Positions 24,601-35,983 of a stretch of 64,000 nucleotides of DNA are shown in pieces. Below the pieces are notes generated by a model. It was not told the origin of the DNA. It saw nothing but the letters and a program-made list of their open reading frames with translations, and made no database searches. This stretch comes from Azolla caroliniana (taxonomy: Eukaryota; Plantae; Polypodiophyta), in contig JBHGNT010000006.1 in assembly GCA_043228905.1 (NCBI GenBank), positions 4,588,001-4,652,000 on the forward strand, written 5' to 3'. Position 1 is the stretch's first letter. Every line of letters starts with the position of its first letter. A program made the position numbers and the translations under genes.

Positions 24601-25049
24601 CTCGCAAATACTTGTGTTTTTTTTTTTTGCGCTAGTCATGTCTATAAGACTATAACTACTATCACAACTAGTCTTATAGCACCTTAGTGGGTTTAACCCG
24701 CCATAAGAATCCTCCTCATGGTTGTAACAACATGGACACATGTTTTCCGAGCTTGTTTCAAGACAAAAATACGGAGGGGATTATATGTGCCAGTGGCCAC
24801 GCCTAGCTAAAAAACACGGACAATAGAACATAATAGAATGACGAACGAATGCATCTTTGTATCGTGAACACATTAAAAGAGTGATAGTCTCTACCCTAGT
24901 ACTGGTGTGTATGGAAAGGAGCCTTGATTCTTCTTTTAATCCCCTTCCCCCCCTCTTCTTTGTTTCATACACACCCACACCCACACCAACAGAGATATAC
25001 ATTAGACACACTGAGAGTAACAAAGTCAGTAACAAGCTTTCTTACAAAC

Positions 25050-28000
25050 ATGTCACAGAACCCCTCTCATCTTCTGCCCTCAGGTATTCACCTCTTCTCT
25101 GTTTTCTTTTTCTGATGCCTTTTTTTTTTAGCTATCATTATTATTATTTGCCTTTTACTCTTTCCCTGAAACTAAAAGGAATAAAAAATAAATATTTTAT
25201 TCTTGTCTCTTATTTTCCTTTGCTTCAGAGCTCATTGATCGCTGTATTGGATCCAAGATATGGGTCATTATGAAAGGAGATAAAGAGCTTGTTGGAACTT
25301 TGCGAGGTTTCGATATCTATGTGAACATGGTTCTGGAAGATGTCACTGAGTTGTAAGTGTTGCTTTTCTCTTTCCCCTTCCCGCTTCCTTAGGAATTTAT
25401 TTTGATGGGTTTTCTTTCCTTCACCAGTGAAATTACTCCTGAAGGTCGTCGGATTACGAAGCTTGACCAAATTCTGCTAAATGGCAACAATATTGCGATT
25501 GTAAGTTGCAGTTTCTATCTTAAAATTTTACTGGTTTGAACGGGGAGATTCGGTTAGGTTTTCTCATAAAACATTCCGTTCAGTTTTTTCAATCAATATA
25601 TATGCACATTGCATATGAATGCATGCGTTGTTTATGGATATACACATTTGTGTAAGTATTCACATATTCTTGTGCACACTTTGATACATTTGCATGCGTA
25701 ATATGTAGCTGTGCTAACTCTAAGGTGCAGTTAGCACCCCTGTAGGTATATCGAGCATATTTGTGTGTATGTGCGCGTATGGATGTAAGTGTATATGTGT
25801 CTCATATGTCCTTATGTTAACACGTGTATCTCTGCAAATATTTGTGTGTGTATGTATATATATTTAACGTTGATGTGCACATGTGCACATGTTGCTAATG
25901 TGCACCCATATGTTAGCACACATTTGATTGATAACTACACATATGTGCGTGAATATTTACGTGTCATATATATGTGTAAATATTAAGCTAGAGATAGGTT
26001 ATTTTCCACGTTAATGTCTTTAAAATGACTCTTAATCACGGCTATGCATGTGCATGTGACAATTTCAAAATCACATGCGGCATAAGTAAAGAAACGAGGG
26101 GTTTTCCTAGTAGCTCTGCCCGTTGCGTTGGAACACACTGGACTGTCGCCAACTCCTTCCTCAACCTTTTGCTACAATGGCAAACCAAGCTCTCATTTTT
26201 CAAATTTAGAGTTAAAAATATGTATCTGTATCCTTAACTTTGCTCTTAGATGATGAGGATCGATGATTTATCATTGTTCAGCACCTTATAACACGACCTT
26301 GATTCCCACGTTGTCCATACGCTGCTGAATTATAGAGCATTTATATGTGTCCAAGAGGTGAGAGTTTTTTATGTCCAACTCAGAGAAACCATATGGAATT
26401 TGTACATCAAGTGATTAATGGTGAGACACATTTTTGATGAAGCTATATTTTTTACATGGTAAGATCCTCTTCCCTGGACTTGTGATTAGGACAAAGTGTG
26501 TTGATGTTCTCTGTGCTGGCTAGAACGCTCGTTTCTCAGTTTCCAATTGCGAGGTGATGAATGTGCGTGTGGAAGCCTGATTTCCTTGTAGCTGTCCTGA
26601 CGTGCAGGGACATCTAGATGGAAATGATGGGATGCACCTAAGCACATGTTGTCATCCCATTGAAATTCCAGCCTTCTAAAGGGTTCTCCAATATGGGCCT
26701 ATTAAAATGAGGCAAGTACCTAACCACATATTTTTTTCCATTGAAACTCCGGCCTTTTAAAGGTCTCCAACATGGCCTGATGGAAACTGGAGAGCTGTCT
26801 GAAGTGAGGTATAGGGTGATAAGGAATTTGATGATGGATGACATGGCTATGTGCATCTGAAATTATTTTTGGTAAATCTACTATATCCCTTTACAATGTT
26901 GTGGCCAAGGGTCCCATAATTGCACAAAACGATGATGAAGAAATGGCTGTCTCATGCATCTCCAGTTATATGAATTATGAATATTGTTACAAGTGTATCA
27001 AATATCATTGTCTGTATTTCTTGGAACTGTATATGTTTCAACAAGAAAGTCAAGGAAGTAAATGCTGCTTTGTGTAAAGTGAACACAATTCTTGTTAGGA
27101 TGATCCGTAAACCATGCATTCTCCTCCTGATAAGAATTCATGGCTTTTCTATGTACGTGATTGTAAAGCATGTAGATTTCTTTGAAGTACCATTGGGGAA
27201 TCTGAAATTAACACAATTATCATTATCACATAGTAGTATTATACTGAAAGGCATGCTAGTGTACTAACTATTCTCTAATTCTCTATATCTAAGTATCGTT
27301 GCGCAATGGCCATTCGTCTCCAAGAGGACAAAGTTTGTTATTTAAATTTTCTTATACATGTTTTTTATAACTTCTTGGAATCTATCTTCTCAAGAATTAA
27401 GACTCAATTCTCCTCTCTCTGACCAATCATATATATAATATGTAAAAGAACAATATGATATTTAGATGATATGTTTAGAGGCACAAAATGGTTTGTACCC
27501 CCCTTTCTTCACAGTTCTGTTTCACTATTTTTGAAATGTTGGGCAACTTAGTCCTCATCTACATAAAGACTAAAAGGAGTGGTTGAAGCATAGGTATATT
27601 CCTTTCACTCCAATCATGCTAGCCACTCCCCATCTATCCATGAACGCTCACGTTGATTCAGGCACTGCCTAGATTGCTCATTGGAACACAAATAGTCTCT
27701 AATTTCTGCATGAGCGGAGCAAGTGGTACATTTTCAAAGGCCGTGTGGAAGTTCTCAAAGTAACATTAGATTCCTCTCTTATGAGCTTTACCTTCTTCAA
27801 TAAGGGTCAATATTTGATCTAAGGTGATGTGTAGCATATGAATGGGTAAGAGACTCCTTTTAGGGGCTACTGTTTTTATTTAAGAGACTCCTTGTCATGC
27901 ATATGAAGGGTTTCCACGTTGCTGATCGTTTATATGTTAAGGTATGTAAAGGGCGAGGTTGTAATTTAGTCCTTGTAGAACTTTTTAGAGTATACAAAGC

Positions 28001-28249
28001 AGTATCATAATTGTGGCTCGACCATTTCATGAAACATTGGCTGTGGGCTGATTGTTCTCTTTCACATATAAATTTCCACAGGGATTAGAATGCCTTTGGT
28101 GGCCTGTCGTGCCTACTCAGGGCCATTTTGGACTTGTGTCAATAGTTATGCCAAAACTCATCAATAGTTATAAACTCATGAGAACTCATTTTTTGAGCTC
28201 ATATTATCTCTTGTTTCTTCCTTGGTGATTGTTTTCTTCATATATATAT

Positions 28250-28307
<58 letters not shown>

Positions 28308-28348
28308 TGTTTTTACAGTTGGTGCCTGGTGGAGGTCCAGAAGTTTGA
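25050..28348 (+). CDS. LSM5: Sm-like protein LSm5 (U6 snRNP LSm2-8 / decapping LSm1-7 subunit)
   Basis: Exons 25050-25083, 25229-25352, 25428-25500, 28319-28348 give [86 protein letters not shown]. Confidence 0.96.
28240..28304. repeat. Compound (TA)n(GATA)n(GA)n microsatellite at the end of LSM5 intron 3
   Basis: Directly visible; ends 14 nt before the last exon. Confidence 0.95.
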
Positions 28349-29415
28349 GTTTTGTAGCTACTTATGGCGTGACATAGTTTTGTGGAGACAATTAAAGATG
28401 TGAATTTGCTGTGACTTTATTCAATCAGAAGGGAACAATCTTTTTGTAAAAATATTCCATTCTTCATGACTTGTTTGGGGAGGAATGTCTTATCTTGGGT
28501 GGTACAAATTCTTCTCTCCTCTGTATTGTGTTGGTATTCTAGGTCTATAAAATGTTTAGGCATTTATTATATCATTTGTAAAATGTCTCTGCTACTGCAA
28601 GCTTTGTATGGGGTGAGATTGGACACAAATAGGAACACTTGTCAATTGTTCAGACATGAGCAGGAACAATTTTCAATTGTTCCTAAGCTATTAAAGATTG
28701 TGCTAATCACTAGGGCAAACTCTGGTAGCCTCCCCAACAATGTTAATTTAACTAATAGATTACATACTTTACCTTATGAATTAATCCAAACACTTCAAGA
28801 AATGCTTAAGTAGCAAAAAGGAACCCAAAGAAAATTATCATACTTGCACAATTTAAGCTAGTCACGATCGATACAATCGATTGGCAAAATCAATGAAAGA
28901 GAGACACACAAAGAGAGGAGCTCAATTATAAGTGAGAAATGTGAAGGTTTGTGGAAAAGCAAAAAAGTTGGCTTTCATACTCTGCTTCCATTTTAAGTTC
29001 TTTTTGCCTTTGTCCCCTTCCACATTACATGGCACAAGACACTTTCCTAGGTTTTATGTGCACTCTTTCTTGAGTTGTAAATGCACCATTATTTTAAGAA
29101 ATGTACATGAAAATGTTTAGAATGGTATTAGAACATAGTGTTGCTATTGCTGCATGGGTAGTGGGACATGTTGAATGGCTAATAGGTAAGAACCTCCATT
29201 GAGAAAATAATTTTGATGTGCTCCAATAAATAAAACTGCAATATTGATGCTCCCAACTTTCATAGATATGATCTAATCCCATGTCTACCATCAATTATAA
29301 AAGCATGGTTTGAGCACATGACCTTGATAGAGATGTAACTGTGGAATATAGGAGTTGAGCACATGCTCTTGTGGACTTTATTAGGTAACTTTATTAACTA
29401 AGTTACATCTCTCTC

Positions 29416-29944
29416 ATAACCCATAGCCCCCCCTTCTTAGGAAGGAGTCACATACAAGATGACATGGGAAAAATGCGTAGGTGCACATTTCACCCATTAC
29501 ACTACACATATTGCACCTATTTACAAAACCATATTCTTTGTCGAACAAGGAAACCATACACTTCGATACATGTTTGAGCCCATCCAATTGTCTGCTATCC
29601 AAACCATTGCTTCCATGTGAGTTAGCTCACAAGCATTGCGATGTGAGATGGGAGCGTTTGGGGACAAACGATGAGAGTGCTCGATTATGCACATTGGCCC
29701 TAAACTAGTTCGTGAGTCTAAGTATCATACTTTGATACAATGCTCTGCCTTTGATAATATTTGACCATGCTTTTCACACATCTTTGACCAAGCCCAATCT
29801 TTGCACGAAATTCTCTCACAACCACAATACACACGCTCAATGGTTCTTGAACATCGAGAGTCGCTACTCACTTTCACATGTGTTACGTTAAATGCAATAT
29901 TTTTGGTCTCATAGGTATATTTAACATGTAAGACCATACTAGAA
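29416..29944 (+). mobile_element. RTE-group LINE 3' fragment
   Basis: Reverse-complement match to ~20993-21560; ends TAGAA then TCTATCTATCTCTC; preceded by ATCTCTCTC. Confidence 0.8.
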
Positions 29945-29964
29945 TCTATCTATCTCTCTCTCTC

Positions 29965-31200
29965 TTGGTGAAAACACACAATTATATTAATAAATATGTG
30001 TGAAAAACACTACTTACAATGGGTATCATAATGGAGTATGGTCCCCCTCTAATTGTACGGGTAGTGGAACATGTTGAATTGCCAATAGGCAAGGGGAACG
30101 CTCCACCAAGGAAAGTATTTCTACCTGCTCCAATAATGAATTGCCACATTAGCACTCCCTTCAACTTTTGTAGATATGCTTTGACTCTGTATCTACCATC
30201 AAATACAAAAATATTGCATATATCCCAATTATGATGCGATCCAAAATACCTTAGAAATAGGAAAATGATCTCCATCTCTAATTTTGGGTCGATTTGTGTG
30301 AATTGTGCAAACACACATTATCTTGGCGCCAAATAACATTGTGACAAAACTTGCCAAATTTGAGAAATATAACTCCAAATTTGACAAAGAATCTAATATT
30401 GTATGAAACAATGAATACTATCTTCCATTTGAACAATGCAAAGAAGCAAATGCTCGTTGCTAGTCCACGTTGCTTTAGAGCTAATCCCAAAGGCAAACCC
30501 CCAATCAAAACTCTCCAAATGAAGACCTTCGCTACTGTTAGATATAATTAATGATCAACCCCAAGTTGTCAATTTATCCTCACATTTATTCTTAGGGTCC
30601 ACATTTTGTGCTAGTACCCCAAATGAGGAGTAGCTACTATACAACCAGACATATGGGTCGATGCGGTGTCAATGTAGGGAACCGTCGATTAGTAGGAAAG
30701 AGGGAAGTACTGTAATAAGATTGACTAGTCAAGTCGACTTGAAGAATATTCTTTGTTAACAAGTTAAGACATACTTAGTCTCTAAGTATGTGCCATTGAC
30801 TTTAAGATAAGTATTATCTAACACTAGCTGGTATCGAGGGAGCTAGGTCATATTAAATGATAAGTCAATTAAAAAGAAAAGGAATATGCTTGTTGGTACC
30901 AATTGACTAGCATATTTAATGTGACACTCAAACAAACAAAGAATATAAATATCCACACTCTTTCTCTTACAAAATGTTTGTATCTATTATCTATTCCTAT
31001 TAATTTTGTAATCAACTAGTCTAGATCCAATCAAGGTTTAAGGTGTGAGGACATGAGTGGACTACTATTGTGAGATACTCTCATATGTAATAGAATGTTT
31101 TGTTTTCACATATACATCTCTGGGAATGTAACTCTATATGCCTATGTTGTCAATTTTCAATATTTCTAACAGCTACAAGTTGATTTAGAAAGGCATCTAT
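29965..31200 (-). mobile_element. L1-type LINE copy 3 (3' fragment), interrupted by a solo LTR
   Basis: Reverse-complement match to ~20320-20934 (IGGLPLGLALKQRGLAT, FAQFTQIDPKLEMEIIFLFLRY); resumes briefly after 31171. Confidence 0.85.
30536..31171. mobile_element. Solo LTR (636 bp)
   Basis: Termini TGTTAGATATA...TATTTCTAACA; 5-bp TSD GCTAC (30531-30535 / 31172-31176); splits LINE copy 3. Confidence 0.85.
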
Positions 31201-31217
31201 GTATTTTTTTATTAGAA

Positions 31218-31299
31218 GTTGCTTTGGCCGAGTGGTTAAGGCGTGTGCCTGCTAAGTACATGGGGTTTCCTTGCGAGAGTTCGAATCTCTTAGGCGACA
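31218..31299 (+). tRNA. trnS-GCT: tRNA-Ser (anticodon GCT), possibly a pseudogene
   Basis: 82 nt: GTTGCTT/AGGCGAC acceptor stem, A box TGGCCGAGTGG, anticodon loop CTGCTAA, long variable arm, GTTCGAATC; extra G-T pairs and an A discriminator. Confidence 0.8.
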
Positions 31300-31309
31300 C
31301 AACTTGCTA

Positions 31310-31775
31310 ATGAACATTTTAAGTGTTGGGTCCTCAAGAAATACCTTTTCAACACTTTGTTGACACTTGTGCTTCTCTATGGAGTGGTAAAATCCCTAAA
31401 TGTACTTGGAAATAGTTTAAAAATGTCCAAAAACATTTTCTTACAAATTTTCCACAAGTTAAGAAACAAATGCCATACACCCTCCTCCTTGAGACGATAT
31501 CACTTCCCATTGAGATCATGGGCATGGAAAGGGTTGTTGAATACATGCTTAAAGTTCAAAAAAGTCCCTCACATCAACTTCCTAGAATTGAATGGGAAGC
31601 AAACAAAAAGATCCAAAAGATACATAGAAGCAAAATTTTGTGTTCCGGTTGGATGCAAGATATGGAAAAATGGTTTAGTAGATGGGATGCAGCCTATTCC
31701 GTTGTCCGCAATTCGAACCATTGCTTCCATGTGACTTAACTCACATGCATTGAGATGTGAGACAGAGCGTTGGAG
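31310..31775 (+). mobile_element. RTE-group LINE internal fragment with deletions
   Basis: PYTLLLETISLPIEIMGMERVVEYMLKVQK; reverse-complement match to ~21300-21960. Confidence 0.8.
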
Positions 31776-32000
31776 TTAGAAACATTGTATTTACCAATAG
31801 AGTAATTATTATTGAGTATTGGATTTCTCATATACATAAATACTTAGTTAGAAATCATGAAGATAAACCTTCTATGCAATCCATCCTCTCTGGTTCAACT
31901 TCCATGTCTCACATGGTCCCCCTCACGTTTCACACAGACATTTGTAACTATGTGACATTGGTTTGGTTTTCGCAACACAATTTCATAAGGCAATATGTAG

Positions 32001-33487
32001 TGTGAAATGCACATAAGAGATCAAAACCAGTCTACTTAGCTTCATACTTCTTAATCAATTTATAGTTGATACAACAGAACCCATTTGGGTTGGCTTGGCT
32101 AAAAAGGGTGTGCTAAAAGGGTGGGTCATTTTGGGCACACGCATCCTAAAAAGGGTGGGTCAACTTGGGTACGTGCATCCTAAAAAGGGTGAGCTAAAAG
32201 GGTGGCACAAAGGAACACATGCACACCACATTTCCCCCCTGCGAGAAACAAGAGATTGAGGGGCATGAACAAGAACAAGATAGGTACATAAACAAGAACA
32301 AGAACAGTGGCTTGTCGAAGGAGGGGGAGCATTTGATGGCATGTTTCAAATGGAAATCCATGGATGCTTCTAGTGCGAGGCGAGGGTTACACCCATAGAG
32401 TGCTCGAAAAGGGTTGATTTATGCAGCCATCTCGTGTTTGAGGGTCTTGTTGAGGCGTTCAGTGAAGATGGCGTGGGGATGTAAACATCTACGGACACGT
32501 AGTTGAGTTGCAACGACGTTGAGGACATCCCCATGGAACTGTTGGCCTTGATAGTTGGACAAGGCTAGTGACGGAAAACGAGCTAGCAATCGGCGAATAG
32601 AGATCAATCACTCCTGTGGACTAAGGGCTACCTGGACTTTGCTGAGGTGGGGAACAGGAGGGCTATTGTGTTGGAGGGGGATCGAGGAAAGATCATATGG
32701 CGGCGAAGATCAATTGCTCCTGTGGACTGAGGGCCACCTGGACTTGGCTGAGGTGGGGGATAGGAGGGCTATCGTGTCAGAGGGGGATCGGGGAAAAGAT
32801 CATTTGGCAAAGAAAGATCAATCACTCTTGTGGACTAAGGGCCACATGGACTTGGTTGAGGTGGGGGACAAGAAGGCTATTGTGTAGGAGGGGGATCAGA
32901 GAAACTCATGGGACAAGAAGTTAGTGGGCAACCTAAGGTGAGGGGGAAGAGTTGGTGGGGCAAGACATAAAAGTGGTGTGAGAAAGTGAGAGTGTCTAAG
33001 GTGAAGGTGTAGTGGGCTTGCGTGCTAGAGAGGTATAGATGGCGATCGCAAAAAAAGACTTGGATGGAGGAAGCGATGGATGTCGGGAGGCCTAACTAGT
33101 GAACTAAGGCGGTGCTAATGGAAGAGATACTACTACAAGAGACTAATAAGAGTGTCGGTGACAGTGGCGAGGGCGATGCTACCTACGAAGCAAAAGAGGT
33201 GGATGCTTGGATGTGTGGACTGGTACCCCGCATCTCCACCAATATGTGAAATGCACATAAGAGATCAAAACCACTCTACTTAGCTTCTTACTTCTTAATC
33301 AATTTATAGTTGATACAACGGAACCCATTTAGGTTGGCTTGGCTAAAAAGGGTGTGCTAAAAGGATGGGTCATTTTGGGCACACACATCCTAAAAAGGGT
33401 GTGCTAAAAGGGTGGGTCAACTTGGGTACGTGCATCCTAAAAAGGGTGAGCTAAAAGGGTGGCACAAAGGAACACATGCACACCACA
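32001..33487 (-). mobile_element. Non-autonomous short LTR retroelement (TRIM-like)
   Basis: LTRs 32001-32230 and 33245-33487 (TGTG...CACA); TSD GTAG; minus-strand PBS TGGTGGAGATGCGGGGTA (tRNA-Ala 3' end) 33224-33241; PPT AGGGGGGAAA 32231-32240. Confidence 0.88.
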
Positions 33488-34768
33488 GTAGTTTAATTTT
33501 CTTTTTGTAATTAATATAACACTATTTAACATAAAAAAGGTTTGACATTTCTTAGAATTGATTACATTTTCACCAATCTCCTTACACAATATTTTTATAT
33601 AAAGTGAGAGCTTCGCATTGGCCTTACATAATTGGATCCAAGGGATTGTCCACATCCTTATGTATTTGAAGTTTATGTGGGTCCCTTTTAGCATCCAATA
33701 ATATTCAAATGGGTATGAACAACATTTCTTCTCTTCTAGGGGCGAGGGCAATGATTTAACATCTTCACTCATATTTAGATTTTTCTTTAAGAAATTTGAA
33801 ATATCTAAATAGTCTATAAAAACCTTGAATATTTGATGCATGAGCATTGAGAACAATGATAAGAGGGCATATAAACATTTTTTTAAAAGTGCAAATACTC
33901 CTAACTAATGGGAAAGCAACGCCTTTTCTAGGGAAAAAAAGGTGCAAATATGTAATCATAATTGTTGATCAACAAACAATCAGCCATCAGGAAGTCCAAT
34001 TTGTATGATCAAGTATAAAAAGTATGGTACAGGTTGGCTCTCTCTTCATGAGATAATTTGCTCGATTGCAAAAGAATTCCCAATTTAGATCCCCCAAACC
34101 TCCTACACATGTTAGAACTCCAAAAACAAAGTGTTTTATTCTATGATATTTAATCTCCACATAAAAGTTTATCACATTCGCTCATGCTTGACACATTTGA
34201 AGTATTAAACCATATTGTTGGTTAGATGCTTATATTGTGTTTTCGTTTACACATGTCTACGTTTTACAACCCTTTGTGTTGTGGCTTGCAATATCATTTC
34301 CTCGTTTAACCCAAGCTTCAATTTGTTCCAATTAAAGTGTGGTTATTTATCGTTTCCCTCCTACTAATTTGGAAAATTATATAGGCTGAAAAGGGAAAAA
34401 TTTATTTCTGTAGTAACACACATTAATAAAGGATATTATCAAATGCACGAATGGTTTTGTGACATTTAAGGTCAATCAAACAATTAGGCCTTTTCTTCTA
34501 CATTTAGACACATTTCTATATTTTGTTATGCATCTTCCCACTAGTACATTCTAAATTGATGTATAATAGATTCTCACACTTTTGAGAAAAAATTATACAT
34601 TTTTATAATACAAAATACTTGTATTTTATTGTTTTTCCAAGTAATAGACACATTAGTCACTATCCATGCAAACATATGTAACTAACTATCAGAGCCTATA
34701 CATCACCCACATGCACACACACACAATGTATATCCTCAAGTATCTTGCACATGGAACATGGTGTCTTT

Positions 34769-34884
34769 TCTACAATTTGATACTGTGATAGGGAACCTCA
34801 ATAATAAGTCCCATAGAGAAGTTTATCTACAATTTGATACTGTGATAGGGAACCTCAATAATAAGTCCCATAGAGTATTTATCT
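34769..34884. repeat. Tandem duplication, 57-bp unit x2
   Basis: TCTACAATTTGATACTGTGATAGGGAACCTCAATAATAAGTCCCATAGAG twice. Confidence 0.9.
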
Positions 34885-35983
34885 CTTGCATTATGAGATT
34901 GTAAGTGCTTTAGAGAAAAAATTCCAACCATTTGATTTCTAATGTATCCTAAATACACAAATCTTTATTTCATTCCATTTCTATCCTTGCTCCAAAATAT
35001 CTTAGGAAAACCTATGATATTCTTAAGTCTTTGGAGAGAGATCTCAATAGACATGAGACTTAGTTGGAAATTGATTAGGTGATGGGTTGAATCTTGGACT
35101 CAATACCCTCAAGGATTGATGACAGTTACTTTGCATCCGAAACCTTGTTGCGAAATGCTCACATGTACATATTAGATAGAGTAGATTGACACAAGAGTAT
35201 GTGAGCAAGAGAAGAAGATGTCGTAAGTAATATAATACTTTGATATGTAATATATTGTTCTTACAAACATAAGATATTCACACCTTATCCAACATGTGAA
35301 TCATACAAGTCATGATGTAAGCCATCCATTATCATGTTAAAACCTTTAAATCAAGGATAACATATATTCTAAACTTAGAGAATCACTTAGAGGTGAAATT
35401 AGAGAGTACACAATCACATTGAATAACAATTGCATAATAATGAACTTGTTTCCTTGTTAGTACAAATAAGGTAGGCATATTTATGAGAATTTCCTTAAAC
35501 AAAACCAATTAATGTTGACCTTGACACAACATTGTGCCAAGTCAAACTTGTGTCATCACCAATATGCTCAATTAACATTTTCCCTTAGGGGTACTAAAAA
35601 GAAATATGTATTCTTTTAAGCATTTTTAGAGGATTTGTTATATATAATTCTGAATAAAAATGATGTATTTCCTCGGTAGTATTGTTAATAGGAAAATATC
35701 GAATAGTGTTTTATTCAAAATTTTAGAAAGAATAATGAGTTTATTTCAAAACAAATGGTTGTGATACAAAAATGTTGAGGGAACTCTCTCTAAAATAAAT
35801 GCTTGTGCCTTGTGTTGGTAATGTATACAAGAACATTGAAACCATATAAATTGAGTGTGTTGGTAATGTATACAAGAACATGGAAACCATATAAATTGGG
35901 GTAAAGAGAACTTACATAAGGCTATACATCCCCCAAATAAAGTTATTCTATACGAAGTTTACAAGCTTCAAATCAATAAATTG

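Noticed and set aside
32601-32900. Regularly spaced repeats resembling a CRISPR-like array
   Set aside because: Whole ~107-bp units repeat without unique spacers; eukaryotic retroelement interior
35335-35577. TGTTAA...TTAACA segment as a solo LTR
   Set aside because: No matching TSD and no second copy in the window
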